Source of the DNA: Antedon mediterranea
Taxonomy: Eukaryota > Animalia > Echinodermata
Length of the DNA: 64,000 bases
Assembly (NCBI RefSeq): GCF_964355755.1
Contig: NC_092670.1
Span: forward strand, 32,724,388-32,788,387
Reading direction: 5' to 3'
How positions within the stretch are numbered: position 1 is the first letter of the stretch; each line of letters opens with the position of its first letter. Below the pieces are notes generated by a model. It did no database searches. It worked only from the letters and a program-made list of their open reading frames with translations, and was not told the origin of the DNA. Below, piece after piece: positions 38,319 to 51,278 of this stretch. The translations under genes and the position numbers were made by a program.

Positions 38319-39850
38319 ATGTGGCGAAAATATGTACTAATTCTTATTCTATTAATGTGGGTAAGTATTATGCATTTATCAAGATATTCTTTCGTTATTT
38401 CTTTCCATTCCCCAAACAAACATACATAAACAAGCTTAGTATGGATACAGTTGAACTGAACCTGCATTTCGTTCCTCTCGTAAAAGAAAACCTTCTATTA
38501 TTATCTAACCTGTGCATTTGGAACTTCCTGTAAGTAAGCGGAAACATTTAGATCATAAATTTGGATTAAACAAAAATTCATATTTTACCTTCTATAATAA
38601 CACTAGGAACACTAGTCTTTGCAGGTATGATTTTATATTTTCTTTTGCGTTGTGTTTGTTTAATTTGTTAATTTTATTATATTTTGTAAATGTATCTTTT
38701 GCCTGAATAAATAATAATAATAATAATAAATAAGTATAATGTCCATACACAATCTCTGTAGATCGAATAGAGATATTTTATACTAATTGAAATGAAATTC
38801 AAATACATACAAATTAAGGACTATTTGCTGTAGTTCAGTTAGATTGGCCGTTTAATCGACCGGTGGACATTTTGTCAGGAATCGTGGATATATATCTACT
38901 TATTGGAAGGGGTGGTGTTTATAATTACACCGACAAAATACTAGGTTTTTTACATAACAGACAACATATAACAACTATAATTTCTCAATAATATATATTT
39001 GTTTTCAGGAACTTCTTGTTGTTCAGGAATTGTACCTAACAAAGCATTCCATCATGTGTGTCCAGTCAATGCATCATTGTTGACAACTTTGGAAGGAAAT
39101 TGATGTGTGAAACTAGTTGAAAATAAATGCTTTCGATATTCCCGAAAAAGTATGTCGAATGAGATAACAGTCGGAGGTTATGAAGTTGCAAATATAAATT
39201 TCAATATAATTAATGCTACAAATAGAACATGTGGTACTTTATTTGATGTTTTGCTTCAGTAGGGATTTAAAGACAATATAAAGGGCAGCTCATTAAGTTC
39301 AGACTCTTTGGTTATACAAGCGGTTCTGGAATTGGATTTCAAAATGGAAGTGTAGACCTAGGAATGGTGTTTACGGGCAGTCAGAGAATTATGATTCCAA
39401 TGCAATATTTTGATCTTGGACCTCAATTGTCAGTAAGTGTTTGATTTCGACGCAATGGTGGTAGTGATAATCAAGTTATAATAACCAATGGGTGTGGTAC
39501 TGACCACTGGCAAATCAAAACTATAGTTTCAAGTCAAATGTTGATGCAAGTTGTTGCTATATTTGCTAATGGAATAGCTTGTATCTGTATGGTTGAAGCA
39601 GTTAATGAATGTCATCACGTAGTTATGACGTATAAACCCTGAGCTAATACTTTACTTAGACGCTGTAATTCAAGAACAATGCATCACATCTGGTAACTTT
39701 CCAAATTCGAATTTGGATGTTTTCGTAGGTCGACAAAGTGATGATTGCGCACCAAATGCGTTCACCGGTACACTAGATGAATTGTTCATACAGCAGCCCT
39801 TTAAGATCAGATTTAATTAAAACTCTCTATGACAGAAGGTATTGAATAAA
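38319..39850 (+). pseudogene. LamG-family copy E, decayed and nearly stalkless; exon1 38319-38360, exon2 from 39009
   Basis: Exon1 MWRKYVLILILLMW|gtaagt. Exon2 has CPVNASLLTTLEGN*CVKLVENKC and a recognisable LamG sequence with several stops and frameshifts. Upstream 37900-38300 is homologous to 23900-24310. Confidence 0.85.
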
Positions 39851-40358
39851 CCGAACTAGGCCTATATGTCGTTTGAACAACCTTTTCACTTATGAAATCC
39901 GATAGATTGCGGAGAACGCACCAGAAAAAGACAGTGAATGAAACGTGTTATCAAGTGAATGCTAACATATTATTGAATTATTCATTTTGTTATTGTTTTT
40001 AGAATATTAGGCCTATTTATGTAAATATTATCATGTATTCGATTAAATATTTCAAGACATGAACATGTAAAGTATTAAGTTGTTAGCAACTGACATTGTA
40101 TGTTAGGGTTTTGTAAGTACAATGCACCTTTTCTATTTAAATTACTGTAAATGATTCATTCATTCATTTTATTTCGGATAGTTAATCTAGGCAACATAGG
40201 CCAAGAAAAAAAAATACAAATTCAACCATAAAATTATCCACAATCACCACCTCTTGCATTAAAGCTAATGAAGTTTGGATTGTGGGAGTCTAGTACATGC
40301 CAAGTAATTAAGCCTTTTCAATTCTTATTAATTCTGTTTTTAAAACTGTAAATAGAGT

Positions 40359-40750
40359 CAAAGAACACAAGAATCTCCTGTTCTTCAATTTGCATTCAAA
40401 ACACAGTATCGGAAGTACAGGGTTAAAAGGTCAAACTGGGCGACGCCATTTCACAACTAGGAAGTCAAAACTGTTAATTCCTATTTTATTTTTATTTTAT
40501 TTTTATTTTATTCAATCAAAACCAACAGCGATAAATACCGCCACTAACAGGTAGAGGGCTCAGTCAATTACTCTATCCTCTATAGTATTAGCAGATCCCC
40601 TCTATGATTTTGACTTTCTAATTTGATGCGGGCGCGCTACTCCATGGCTCACAATGGCGCCACCCATTAGCTCTATTCTATCCCACAATGCCTTTCGAAA
40701 TTGTTACGCGCTTCGGATGAACAGGAGATTCTTGTGCTTAAAGTTCTTTG
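40359..40750. mobile_element. MITE with CAAAG...CTTTG ends (P-element-like)
   Basis: TIR caaagaac..acaagaatctcctgttc. Flanks atagagt/ttagagt resemble a 7-bp TSD. Confidence 0.55.
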
Positions 40751-40978
40751 TTAGAGTTAGAGTTCCTCCAATTATCATAAAAGGAGGGAAAGTTATTATG
40801 CTTGTTCAATGTACATAGAAACTTCAATAGTTTACGTAACCCGTTATTAAAGCACCTATTACTACTGTACCATCTTTTGAAGATACTTCTAGGGAAAAGA
40901 AGAACTATATAACTATATCTATATATATATATTTTTTTTTTTTTGGAGACTGTAAGTTTGAATTATTACCTGTAATAA

Positions 40979-41820
40979 TAACAAGGCCAACAGCCATTAA
41001 GTCGCGTGCTACAATGCATAGTGATACCGGACCGACAGACAAACAGACCGACAGACAGACAGACCGACAGACAGACGGACCGACCGACATAGTGAACTAT
41101 ACTGACCGAAATTACTGAACATGTTTAAAAATGTTGAAATGTTTAAAAACATTTATATTTTTTTAATTTACACGTGCGTAGCCTGTCACATTTGACGTGC
41201 TCGTATAACGTAATTTCGAGTTGAAAATTAAGTCAAGAAAACAGAAATCGGGCAAAAAGTGTGCGCAATAACATTTAACGCGCAGTGCGCGCGCAAAAAT
41301 CTGCGCACTCATGGCAATTTTGTAAACGCTTAAAATTGCCTGAAACGTACTCTTATTTCATCGAAAATAAATTTTGAAAATTTTAAGCGCGCGTACGCAT
41401 GCGTTACATGCGCTACGCACGTAATTGTATTGCCATATGATGATTTATGCCCTGAAATTTATGAGTACCAAATTTTATTTAATTGTGATTCATGGTTGTT
41501 AAGATATGATTACAAACGTGATTTCGTTAAATCGTGCGTAGACCGCGTAATTTTTTATTGCGCACCGTGAAAACATAACCACATCGATTCCTGGCCATAA
41601 GGAATATTCTGTGAAAAATTGACTTAGCTAGATTAAACTGATATCAAGATAAGGTCATAAAGCGATAAAACGCATAGTGATACCGGACCGACAGACAGAC
41701 AGACAGACCGACAGACAGACCGACAGACAGACCGACAGACCGACAGACAGACAGACAGACAGACAGACCGACCGACCGACCGACTTAGTGAACTATAGAG
41801 TCGCTTCCACGCGACTAAAA
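40979..41820 (-). mobile_element. Helentron-associated (DINE-1/HINE-like) element with two (gaca/gacc)n microsatellite blocks
   Basis: aacaaggccaacagccattaagtcgcgtgct at one end and gagtcgcttccacgcgactaaaa hairpin at the other. The gcatagtgataccggaccgacagac block is duplicated internally. Confidence 0.7.
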
Positions 41821-43258
41821 ACATACTACTGAGTATAAGAAAGTATAGGCTAGACATGTTATTTGTTTTAGCAGAGTTTTGTCCTAGATGAAAATAGGTT
41901 CTGTTAATAAATGTCGTATTTTCACATCCACAGCAGACTTTTTTTTTAGCTATTTTCCCTCTACCATAATATATTAAAGGGAAAAAAAACTATTATGTTA
42001 TGAGGCGTTTGCGATTTCTCGAACGAACATTACGCCGGACAGTCGGCCCATTCTTCATACAGAATTGAAGTCAATAATCTGTAGCAAGACAATCAAAAAC
42101 AGCAACAAACATGCTTTCAGAATATATTGTTCATCTTTTAATTTTTATAATAGAAAACAGGAGACAAAAGAGACATTTTGAAAGAAAGAAATAAATATTA
42201 GCTTATTTTCATTACTACTTATTGGTAAAAATTGTCAATAAACGTACACTTACAAATACAATACTACGCAACCTTTATCCTATATTCATAAGTAACTGCC
42301 AATAATGTTCACCGTTAGAGCATGTTCATAATAGTATTGTATTACGTATTAATTACAGTCTAAAGCTGCACTATCTATTATCTACACTATCAAACTAGCT
42401 TAACAAAAAGTGTGATGTGCCCAAATATAGTAGTGATATGTCCAAATATGGTAGTGGTATGACATCATTCTGTGTTTGTCACAATAACATTTGATAGTGT
42501 AGATAGACATAGCTGTATAGAGTTGACTAAAGAAAACAAAAAGGAAACCGATAACCGATAGGGCTCTTTGTTAGAATTGAACTGATATTCCAACATTTTG
42601 ATAATATATACATTGGATGGACTTTGTGTTGTACAATAATATAAACATCAATAATCCTACATTGTATACTAATTTTTTCTAAAATTAGAGCTAAGATAAT
42701 TGATTAAAGAAATAAAGACAAAACCTGTAATCGATATGCGTTGGCATCTATTATTTCGAAATCATTGAATTCTCTCATTTTCTTATTATGATACAAATGT
42801 GGAACTAAGTAAGAAATAAGCTTTCACACTGCGCATGCTCAATATAACAGAGAATTCAATGAAATATGCCAATTTAGTGATATTTGAAAATCTATCTATT
42901 GTTATAGAATTTCATGTTGTGCAATAAAAAGAGCAGTTTTCAATTCAGGCCCCCACACGCCACCTTATAAAGCAAATGTCAACAATTATTAGCCAAAAGT
43001 TTGAAGATTTCTCATTCGAAGATATGATGCCATAATGTTAAGCAGAAACATCAACGGAATTGCAAGAACTGCTATCAATGTTGTGATGATATTGGTAAGT
43101 AGGCTACAGTATGTACATAAACTGAGATTAATTAATTAATTTCATTCTCTAAGCAAAACATATCTTAACTTATAAGCATGATAAATATATTTAGATGGAT
43201 TATCAATAATTATTGGATCCTGTGATGACATTAAACCACGGCAGAATTTAGTAAGTAT

Positions 43259-43867
43259 TTGGATTTGAAAGCTGCAGGATGTCCAATTGACTTGGTTACT
43301 GATCGTGGAACAGAAAATGGTTTAATGGCTGCAATGCAAGCCTTTTTTAGAGATGATCCAGGTAGTCACCGTTATGTTCCTTCGCCAAGGAATCAAAGGA
43401 TAGAAGGATGGTGGTCTTTTTTTAGACGAAGTCACACACATTGGTGGATTAATTTTTTTAAAGAACTTTGTGAAAATAATGTTGTTGACCTTACTAATTT
43501 ACTGCATAAGGAGTGCCTGTGGTTTTGTTTTAGTGATTTACTACAAAAGAGCATTGATGAAGTTAAAGAGCATTGGAACACTCACTATATTCGCAAATCA
43601 CGACATGATACTGTACAGGGGCGACCTGATTCTTTGTATTTTTTACCAGAACTTCATGGGGGTACTTCAAACTTGCTACTTTCTATTACAGAACACAACA
43701 AGAGATTTGCGAAGGAACATTTGATTGAAACAGAAGAAAATAATATTCACAATGACTATTTTATCTACATCATGGAAACATGTCAGTTCCAGCAACCTAG
43801 TAATTGGCAAGAAGCACTTAGGCTTTATAATTTAATTGTATGGTATGCTGTTAATGGTGTCAATTGA
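43259..43867 (+). pseudogene. C-terminal part of an IS3/integrase-core-type DDE transposase
   Basis: GCP..LVTDRGTEN (second D), SPRNQRIEGWW (catalytic E), EHWNTHYIRKSR, GRPDSLY. First Asp and N-terminus are absent. Confidence 0.85.
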
Positions 43868-44880
43868 GAAAATACCTGCACTGGTTCTAGTAGTTTTGCA
43901 TTCATTATAAAAAGTTTTAATTTACAATAAAACTGAAAATGTTGAATAAAACCGAAAATAATTCAAGTATTGAGTTAGCAAATTATTGTATTGTTATGTT
44001 TTGCTTATAACAGCTTATCAGCTTGAATGGAGTGTTTTATAATGTACTCATATTATATGTTTCACTTATAGAATGGATTTGGATAAAAATGGCCTATTTA
44101 AAGTTTAATTTTTGTAAACAATGAACAATTGCTAAATAAACATGAATAACTATACATTAGTTGTTGAGTAAACTCTGCCATTTCATTTATTATTTATTTA
44201 TTTATTATTTCAGTAATGCATTTGAATAATGTTATAATTGTGATGTCATTACTGTTTTAAAATATCGTCTGTAGACAAAACTATGAGAAAATATATATGG
44301 TGTTCATTTTAATTATATGTAAAACAATGTAAAAATGTGGTCTATTTATCAAGTAAGTAATATGACTATAATGCATTGCAACATGTGGTTTATTCAAATG
44401 TGTACTACTGTATTCATTACAGCAGGCCAAGAGGAAACATTTTCTAATAACTTAGAAATACAGTGGAAGAAACACTGTAAATATATGCAGAAACTTTAAC
44501 ATATTAAAACACTATTTATCTTTTACAGTATTATTTAAAAGAAGCACTGATTTTAATTTTGAAATTTACCTCTTTTTTGTTAACTATGCGTGCTGGTACT
44601 AATTATTATACTAAACAGGATTTCCATTGCCTAATTATAATAAAATGATTGGAAAATCAAATAAAACATTAGCAAGTCATCAAACGTAAAACCATTTCAA
44701 CAACAAACTTTTAAGTCATAATAGAATAAACACTGTTTATTATAAACAGAACTGTTTATTATAAACAGAACTAGAACACAATAATAACTCCGAAATACAG
44801 TGCTAATGCTTGAAAAACATGAACATATGTTGGTCAGTGGCAATCTATAAAGAATGTATAATTGGCTGCTTGTTGTTTAA

Positions 44881-47068
44881 TTAAGACTTTGCAAAAGATT
44901 GACCCTTGCAATAACCGAGTATAAAAAGCTTACGAAATTCATCTTCTGTGTGCATGTGTGCAACTGGTAATGTTAAGTCTCTGCTACAAGCACCAACCAA
45001 TGGGAAGCATACTGTATGCTTTGGGTTTCGCAATAGACATTCATGGTCGAATCTTACAGTTATAGATGGTCTTTCTCTTCCCATGACATGCTTCTGTCTC
45101 TGACCAGTCAGCCATCCCATAACACCTGCTACACTGAGTTTAGGGTTTTCAAATTCTGCGTCTTCAGAACAACGGCCTTCTTCATTGTCCACATTCCATG
45201 TCACAGAAGCATGATAGCCGGTCATATCAGTGTCTTCTAAAGACATCAACAAATCTTGAAAGTAATCCATAATAGATTCTTCACGAGTGCGCTTCGACGA
45301 TCCTTGCTCCGAGTGAATGGGTTCTATTAAAGAAAAAAGATAGTTTGCATCTGGCTCAAGGTTCTTTTTGAACTCTGAAACAAACAAGCTTGCACAAGCA
45401 TCTGGATAAGCTGATATAATTTGCTGCAAATCATACCTATCAAAACCGCGCTTGAATTCATTCATGCACAAAGTACGTTTACCCACAAACGCGACTTTAA
45501 CTGACTTTAAGATATCCTCTACATTTTTTTCACCAATTATCCCTGTATAACCATGCTCCAAAATTGTGTCAACATGGGCATGACAGTCATTTCTGATTTT
45601 ACTTAGAGTATCTAGTTCATAGGCAGTTAAGTCTTCATCTTTTATATCCTGCAAATCAACATCTGCATATAAACACCTGTATGCACATCGATCGAGAAAA
45701 CATGAGATAGGACCACCCTGCGCTATTGAAACGGAGACTATTTCTCCGCAAGTGCGGAAATTGCCATTTTGGATTTGGTTGGTTGAATACAAAGGGCTTC
45801 CATATGGAAACATCTGTGCAGCGATGGCATCTAAAGTATTTTCCAAAAATTCCATCGACATTGCCCCAGAGTCGATTCCTTCTTCGCCGCTAAATTTTAC
45901 CCTAAATTGCGACATGATATCTGACTTTTTTGATTCCCGTTGCCACAGAAAAAGTTGTCTGTTAAGTGGAGCATTTCTTCTGCATATCAAAAAAAATTGT
46001 TTACTTGAATCAATTCTTGTATTTAACTGCGCGCATACATCTTTCGCTGATGTCACAACTTGAAGATTTTGCACGGCAGTTAAGGCTGGTTGTGTCAAAT
46101 TGACAAAACTATCTTTCTTCACTTCTGACTGTATGTTTTCATCTCCTTCATCATTTTCCTTTATATCAAATGATTCTCTAACGTACCCTTCTTCATGTTG
46201 GTTCAGGTCAAATAGATTTTCATTATTTACATTATCATTATCATTTTCCTCACTGTCATCACTTCCTCCTTCAAATGATTTAAAGTCGTCCTCATGACAT
46301 ACATAAAGAATTATTCTCTTGAAATCCCTTCCAAGTTCGTTTTTGTATTTTTCTAGTTGAAAGAATTCTTTGTAATTTCCTGGTATAAATCGAGCGTAGC
46401 TGTTATCTTCGTAAAGTAAAACATAGCTGCTTTTGCTGTCAAACTCTCTATCGAAAGCAGCCAATTTTTCAATAGCCCTTTCAAGAACAATCGGATATGT
46501 GGCCGCCTTGGGCAACCTAATCGGTAGTCGTTTCCCTCTAGCAGCTTTGAGCATTCCGTTTTTTAACTGCTTAAACCCAATGTTAATTGTTACTTCTTCA
46601 TCTAATTTTCTTGACTTTTTCCTTGGCATTGTGACATTCTCTTTTGATGTTTTAGCTTTTAAAAATTTATCAAATGACATAATGCTCCTTTTCATACTGG
46701 TGGTATCTGTCTGAGAAGTCGAAATACTGGTGGAGCAGGTGGGAGATTGAGATTCAACTTCATTTGACAATTTTGGTGAGCAGTCAGATGGTCGCAATTT
46801 TGTTTGGTTGCCTTTACATGACCAACAAAATTTTGATATCACTAGAACCTTTGCTCCACACTCACTACAGTATCTGGAAAATAGAATAATGCATGTACTG
46901 TTAAAGTTGGTGTGGTGATGGACATCAAACACAAACCCTCATACGATTGTCACTACTTACAGTACAGGTAGATTTGCAAGGGCAATTTATTTATACTGTA
47001 CTCTATAAGTAAACTTACACAATATCTATATCCTTTTCACGGCCTCCTCCTCCATCACGTTCAGCCAT
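44881..47068 (-). CDS. Zinc-ribbon + HECT-domain (G2E3-like) E3 ubiquitin ligase, about 680 aa; exon1 47068-47019, exon2 46873-44881
   Basis: MAERDGGGGREKDIDIV spliced (GT|gtaagt...ttccag|A, phase 2) to YCSEC...CWSC. HECT motifs VKFSGEEGIDSGAMSMEF, WLTG, FPLVGACSRDLTLP (catalytic Cys position) and C-terminal SFAKS (-4 Phe). No stops. Confidence 0.85.
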
Positions 47069-47852
47069 TTTTTGGTCTACTTGTTCTAAAAGGAATTTAA
47101 GCACAAATATCATGTATAAAATATAGTCAAACAATCGTAATTAAATGAAACAAGTGAGAGAGAAAGAGTTACTTTCCGTGCTGGCCTAGAAAACACATAA
47201 GCCTACCGACTGTATGCAAGCTCAATGTCATACATATTATGTTATACATAACATTAATTTGCACTATCAAAAAAATAATACTATATAATATTTGTCATAA
47301 AATAACTATAATTCAAGGCTAATCGTTAATATACCAAGTATCAATTCCAAAACTATCTACTATCCTATAATTATTATAGGATAGATAGTTTTATAATAAT
47401 AATAGGCCTATAGGCCTACAACTACAATAAAATCTAGGCCTATACCCACCTAGCTGCGGCTGCTAATAGCTAAGTCTAGCCTATATGGCCTAGCCGACGA
47501 TCAGTGGCGCGAGTAAATTCGCTATGCCTAGCTAGGCCTACTAGTTTTACTAGGCCTAATGCCTGTAGTACTAGCTAGGACTGTAACAGTAGCTAGCCTA
47601 GGCCTACTTACTGTAAAAAAAACTTAATTGTTTAATATAAAAAACATATTACTGTAAATATATTAAAACATTGTAGAATGTAGGGTCTAGACCTACCTTA
47701 TAAAGCCTAGACCTAGGGTCTAGCCCGGCATAGAGAGTTCAAGAAGAGTGCAATAAACACGTGCGTACTGTAAATTAATATATTATTTACATCAATACAC
47801 AAATATTAATTACTTACCTCAGAAAAAATCGAAGATTCCAGGGGTTTCACTT

Positions 47853-48126
47853 CCGCCGTGGTAACTCATTTCCGCCGTGGCTTTCTGTAATTTGCCGTGG
47901 TGTTTCATTACTAATTTGCCGTGGCGTTTCAATACTAATTTGCCGTGGTGTTTCATTTTTAAGTTGCCGTGGTATTTTTGTTAAATTGCCGTGATGTTTT
48001 ATTTTTCATTTGCCGTGATGTTTTATTTTTAATTTGCCGTGGCTTTTTTCAAATTGCCGTGGCTTTTTTCAAATTGCCGTGGCTTTTTTTGAAAATTGCC
48101 GTGATATATTTTTAAACTTGCCGTGA
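47853..48126. repeat. Subterminal array of (t)tgccgtg motifs at 19-22 bp spacing
   Basis: About 14 copies immediately inside the transposon end. Confidence 0.92.
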
Positions 48127-48164
48127 CACTTATAGGCCACCGTAATGTTATCAATTTTTATTTT

Positions 48165-48700
48165 GTTTCGATTTTCAGCAGTATGTAATAACTCAGTTAT
48201 ATCATTAATAAAAATAAAAATATTAAATAAAAATGAAAAAGGTAAAGGTGACCCTTATTGTATTCCTACTTCACATTTAAAGGATTCTCCAATTTTGTTG
48301 CCAACCTTTACATGCCCTTTTAGTTTACTATACATTGTTGTTAAAACTTAGATTATTTTACCTTTTTTACCAGATTTTCTTAGTTTACTTATAAAGAAAT
48401 CGTGTCTAATAGAATCGAAAGCGCGTTTTAAATCTATAAACGCCATGTACACAGTTCCTCGTTTTTTTTTAGAGATATTTGTTAACAATTGTGTCTAAAA
48501 TAAATATGTTATCAATAGTACGACAATCTTTTCTAAACCCTCCCTGTTCTTGATGTAATATTTCATTTTCTTCTGTCCATTTGCTTAATCTATTGCTTAT
48601 AATGTATAAAAACACCTTGCCTAAAGTGGATATTAAGGATACGCCTCTATAATTTGCTGGTTGATCTCTTTTACCCTTTTTAAATATAGGAATAATAATG
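48165..48700 (-). mobile_element. Degenerate LINE reverse-transcriptase fragment
   Basis: Minus strand reads NYRGVSLISTLGKVF...GFRKDCRTIDNIFIL...YMAFIDFKRAFDSI...GIQ*GSP...FINDI, with stops. Confidence 0.85.
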
Positions 48701-48853
48701 CTTGTTCATCATGTCACTAATGCAACTAGGAATGCAATTTTTACCTACAAAAAAATACGACCTTAGATTTAATGGAATTTGACACCCACTTTTAGATCTT
48801 ATAATATACACTATACAATTTATTTATTTAATTATACATTTGTTTTCTTGTAG

Positions 48854-49080
48854 GACCTGCTCGCGGCTTACGTTACATTTAGTAACGTTAGAAGTGTTAA
48901 CTCATGTTCCGTGGATCAAACACTGGTGAAAACATCTGAAGGATATCGATATATCAACCTATTTGAAAGAAATGTTTTTCTTTTAAAAAGAAAAATATTC
49001 ACAAAATTAACACAGTCAAAGATATATCGCAAGTGCCTGACGTGAGTAATGAAATACTTATACCCGAAAAAAAGTGATAC
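48854..49080 (+). pseudogene. LamG-family copy F: truncated 5' piece of exon 2
   Basis: Local duplicate of 49348-49560 with acceptor ttgtag and CSVDQTLVKTSEGYR. Frameshifted, ends before the stalk. Confidence 0.8.
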
Positions 49081-49347
49081 GAATTGTTACCAAAGAAGTG
49101 CATGATTTTTAACTGATATAATTAAATAATTGTAGTCTTTTAAACTACTACTGAGACAGAACATAAAATAAACATAAAGGACGTTATTCATCATCAATTC
49201 ACGAATAAATGCAATAGATTTCTATCTACATTAAAATACCATAGATTTGATCGAATTTTGAGTCGGTCGTGATCAACACCCTTAGATCTTTAATTTACAC
49301 TATAGGCCTACAATCTATTCATTTTTTATATAATTGTTTTCTTGTAG

Positions 49348-50427
49348 AAGCTGCTAGCGGGCTACGTTACATTTAGTAACGTTAGAAATGTTAACTCATG
49401 TTCCGTGGATCAAATACTGGTGAGAACATTGGAAGGATATCAATGTATCAAACTAGTTGAACAGAAATGTTTTTTTCTAAGAAACATTGACAAAATTACC
49501 ACAGTCAAACATGTATCTCAAGTGCCTAATGAAATACTAGTATCAGAAGAAAGTGATACATACTATACAAATGGACACTCTACTGTAAATTCACAATCTA
49601 CTCTACATTCTTCATCCACTATAAATTCACCATCCACTATAAATTCACCATCTACTATAAATTCACCGTCTACTATAAATTCACCGTCTACTATAAATTC
49701 ACCGTCTACTATAAATTCACCGTCTACTATAAATTCACCGTCAACTATAAATTCACCGTCTACTATAAATTCACCGTCTACTATAAATTCACCGTCTACT
49801 ATAAATTCACCGTCTACTATAAATTCACCGTCTACTATAAATTCACCGTCTACTATAAATTCACCGTCAACTATAAATTCACCGTCTACTATAAATTCAC
49901 TGTCTACTATAAATTCACCGTCTACTATAAATTCACCGTCTACTATAAATCCACCGTCTACTATAAATCCGCCATCAACTATAAATTCACCATCTAATAT
50001 AAATTCACCATCAACTATAAATTCACCATCTCCTACACATTCACCATCTACTATATATCCATCGTCTACAACAATCGGAAACACGGAAGTTGGTAAGGTT
50101 CCTACATCATATAGAACATGTGAAAGCACATCTCATGATATTTTGGTTCATTTCGCATTTGAAGGTGATACATGGACCAACAATGGCATTGGTAGAAAAA
50201 TCTACGGTAATATTAGCGGTTCTGGAATTGAACATCAAAATGGAATTCGTGGCCTTGGAATTGTGTTCACGGCAAACCAGCGAATGACGATTCCAATGCA
50301 AACATTTGAACTTGGACCTGAATTTTCAGTCAGTGTTTGGTTTCGACGCAATGGTGGTGATAGTATTCAAGCTATCGTAAATAATGGGTGTGGTGACAAT
50401 AATTTAATTTCTGTAAAATGCCTCTGA
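49348..50427 (+). pseudogene. LamG-family copy G: exon 2 with homogeneous STINSP stalk, LamG truncated after NNGCGD
   Basis: Acceptor at 49347 is in frame with the ORF. About 24 18-bp units. Homology stops abruptly at ~50397 and no exon 1 was found. Confidence 0.8.
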
Positions 50428-51124
50428 ATGTGTAACCCGTGTCTTTGTCTTGACCATGTCACATATTTTTCAATGCGGCAAATGTACTATTCCAACAATC
50501 TAATGTAGACCTATTCAAAGCATACACCAATGAAAACAACAATTTTATGGGACCCCTCCATTTCGATTATTATGATTACAAGTAAGGCAATATTACAGGG
50601 TATTTCTTTTTTCAAAGTTAATTTAAATACCTTTTTTGATCTAAATTAGTACATATATATCTCTCTAAAAATGTACTTCCATCACGAAACCAGTCATAAC
50701 AATAACATTTGCGACGAAAGAACAAAATAGATGGTGCTGTTGTATTTCAATAAAGCAATAAGATAAAAAAAATATTTTCCAAACGCGAACAGATTTTTCT
50801 ATTAAACGCGAGCGTTTAACAGTGCGTATTAGTGCACGCCATGTGATCAACAATCGTCCAATAAATTGGCAGGGATTTATTTTAGTGTCATAATAATAAT
50901 ATAGAATATGTAAATATTTCTCTCAATTTGATATAAAAATATATAAGACTACATTTTTCTTTATCTGAAATGGTAGCTTAAATGAATAGAGGTATATGAA
51001 AAGGTGTAATATATCTAGAAAATACGAATGCTTAAAAATCACATTATTTTGTAAATAATGTTTTCATTCTTTATGCAATTTGTTTTGTTTTAGAAATCAC
51101 AAATTGTTGATAATATTATAGTTA

Positions 51125-51278
51125 GCGGTACCCCACGTATATTTATTTCTGATAAGAAATGTTAAGTATCTCGAAGAGTTGCGTTTTAATCAATATACTT
51201 TGATTGAAGTATATTGGTCGAAACGTTAAGAAACTCAATAGCTCTTTTCAGACCTAAAATATACGTGGTGTGTACCGC
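51125..51278. repeat. Imperfect 150-bp foldback (MITE-like)
   Basis: Outer arms gcggtaccccacgtatattt / aaatatacgtggtgtgtaccgc, with central hairpin caatatactt-tgattg-aagtatattg. Confidence 0.65.

Larger units (their letters stand above)
43225..48144. mobile_element. IS3EU-like DNA transposon, left part deleted
   Basis: DDE transposase remnant convergent with a HECT gene. Right terminus reads 5'-TACGGTGGCCTATAAGTGTCACGGCAA on the minus strand, with about 14 subterminal (t)tgccgtg repeats at 47853-48126. One inverted ccacggca..attagtaa motif at ~43237. Confidence 0.7.

Noticed and set aside
41995-42010. atgtta as the left TSD of the IS3EU-like element
   Set aside because: It matches the right flank (48145-48150) but is not followed by a TACGGTGGCC-like TIR, so it is probably chance in AT-rich DNA.
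42990-43095. Possible RT remnant (AETSTELQELL)
   Set aside because: Too short and degenerate to call.
51190-51230. Hammerhead ribozyme (tgattga...cgaaac)
   Set aside because: The CTGATGA core is not intact. It is better explained as the centre of a foldback element.
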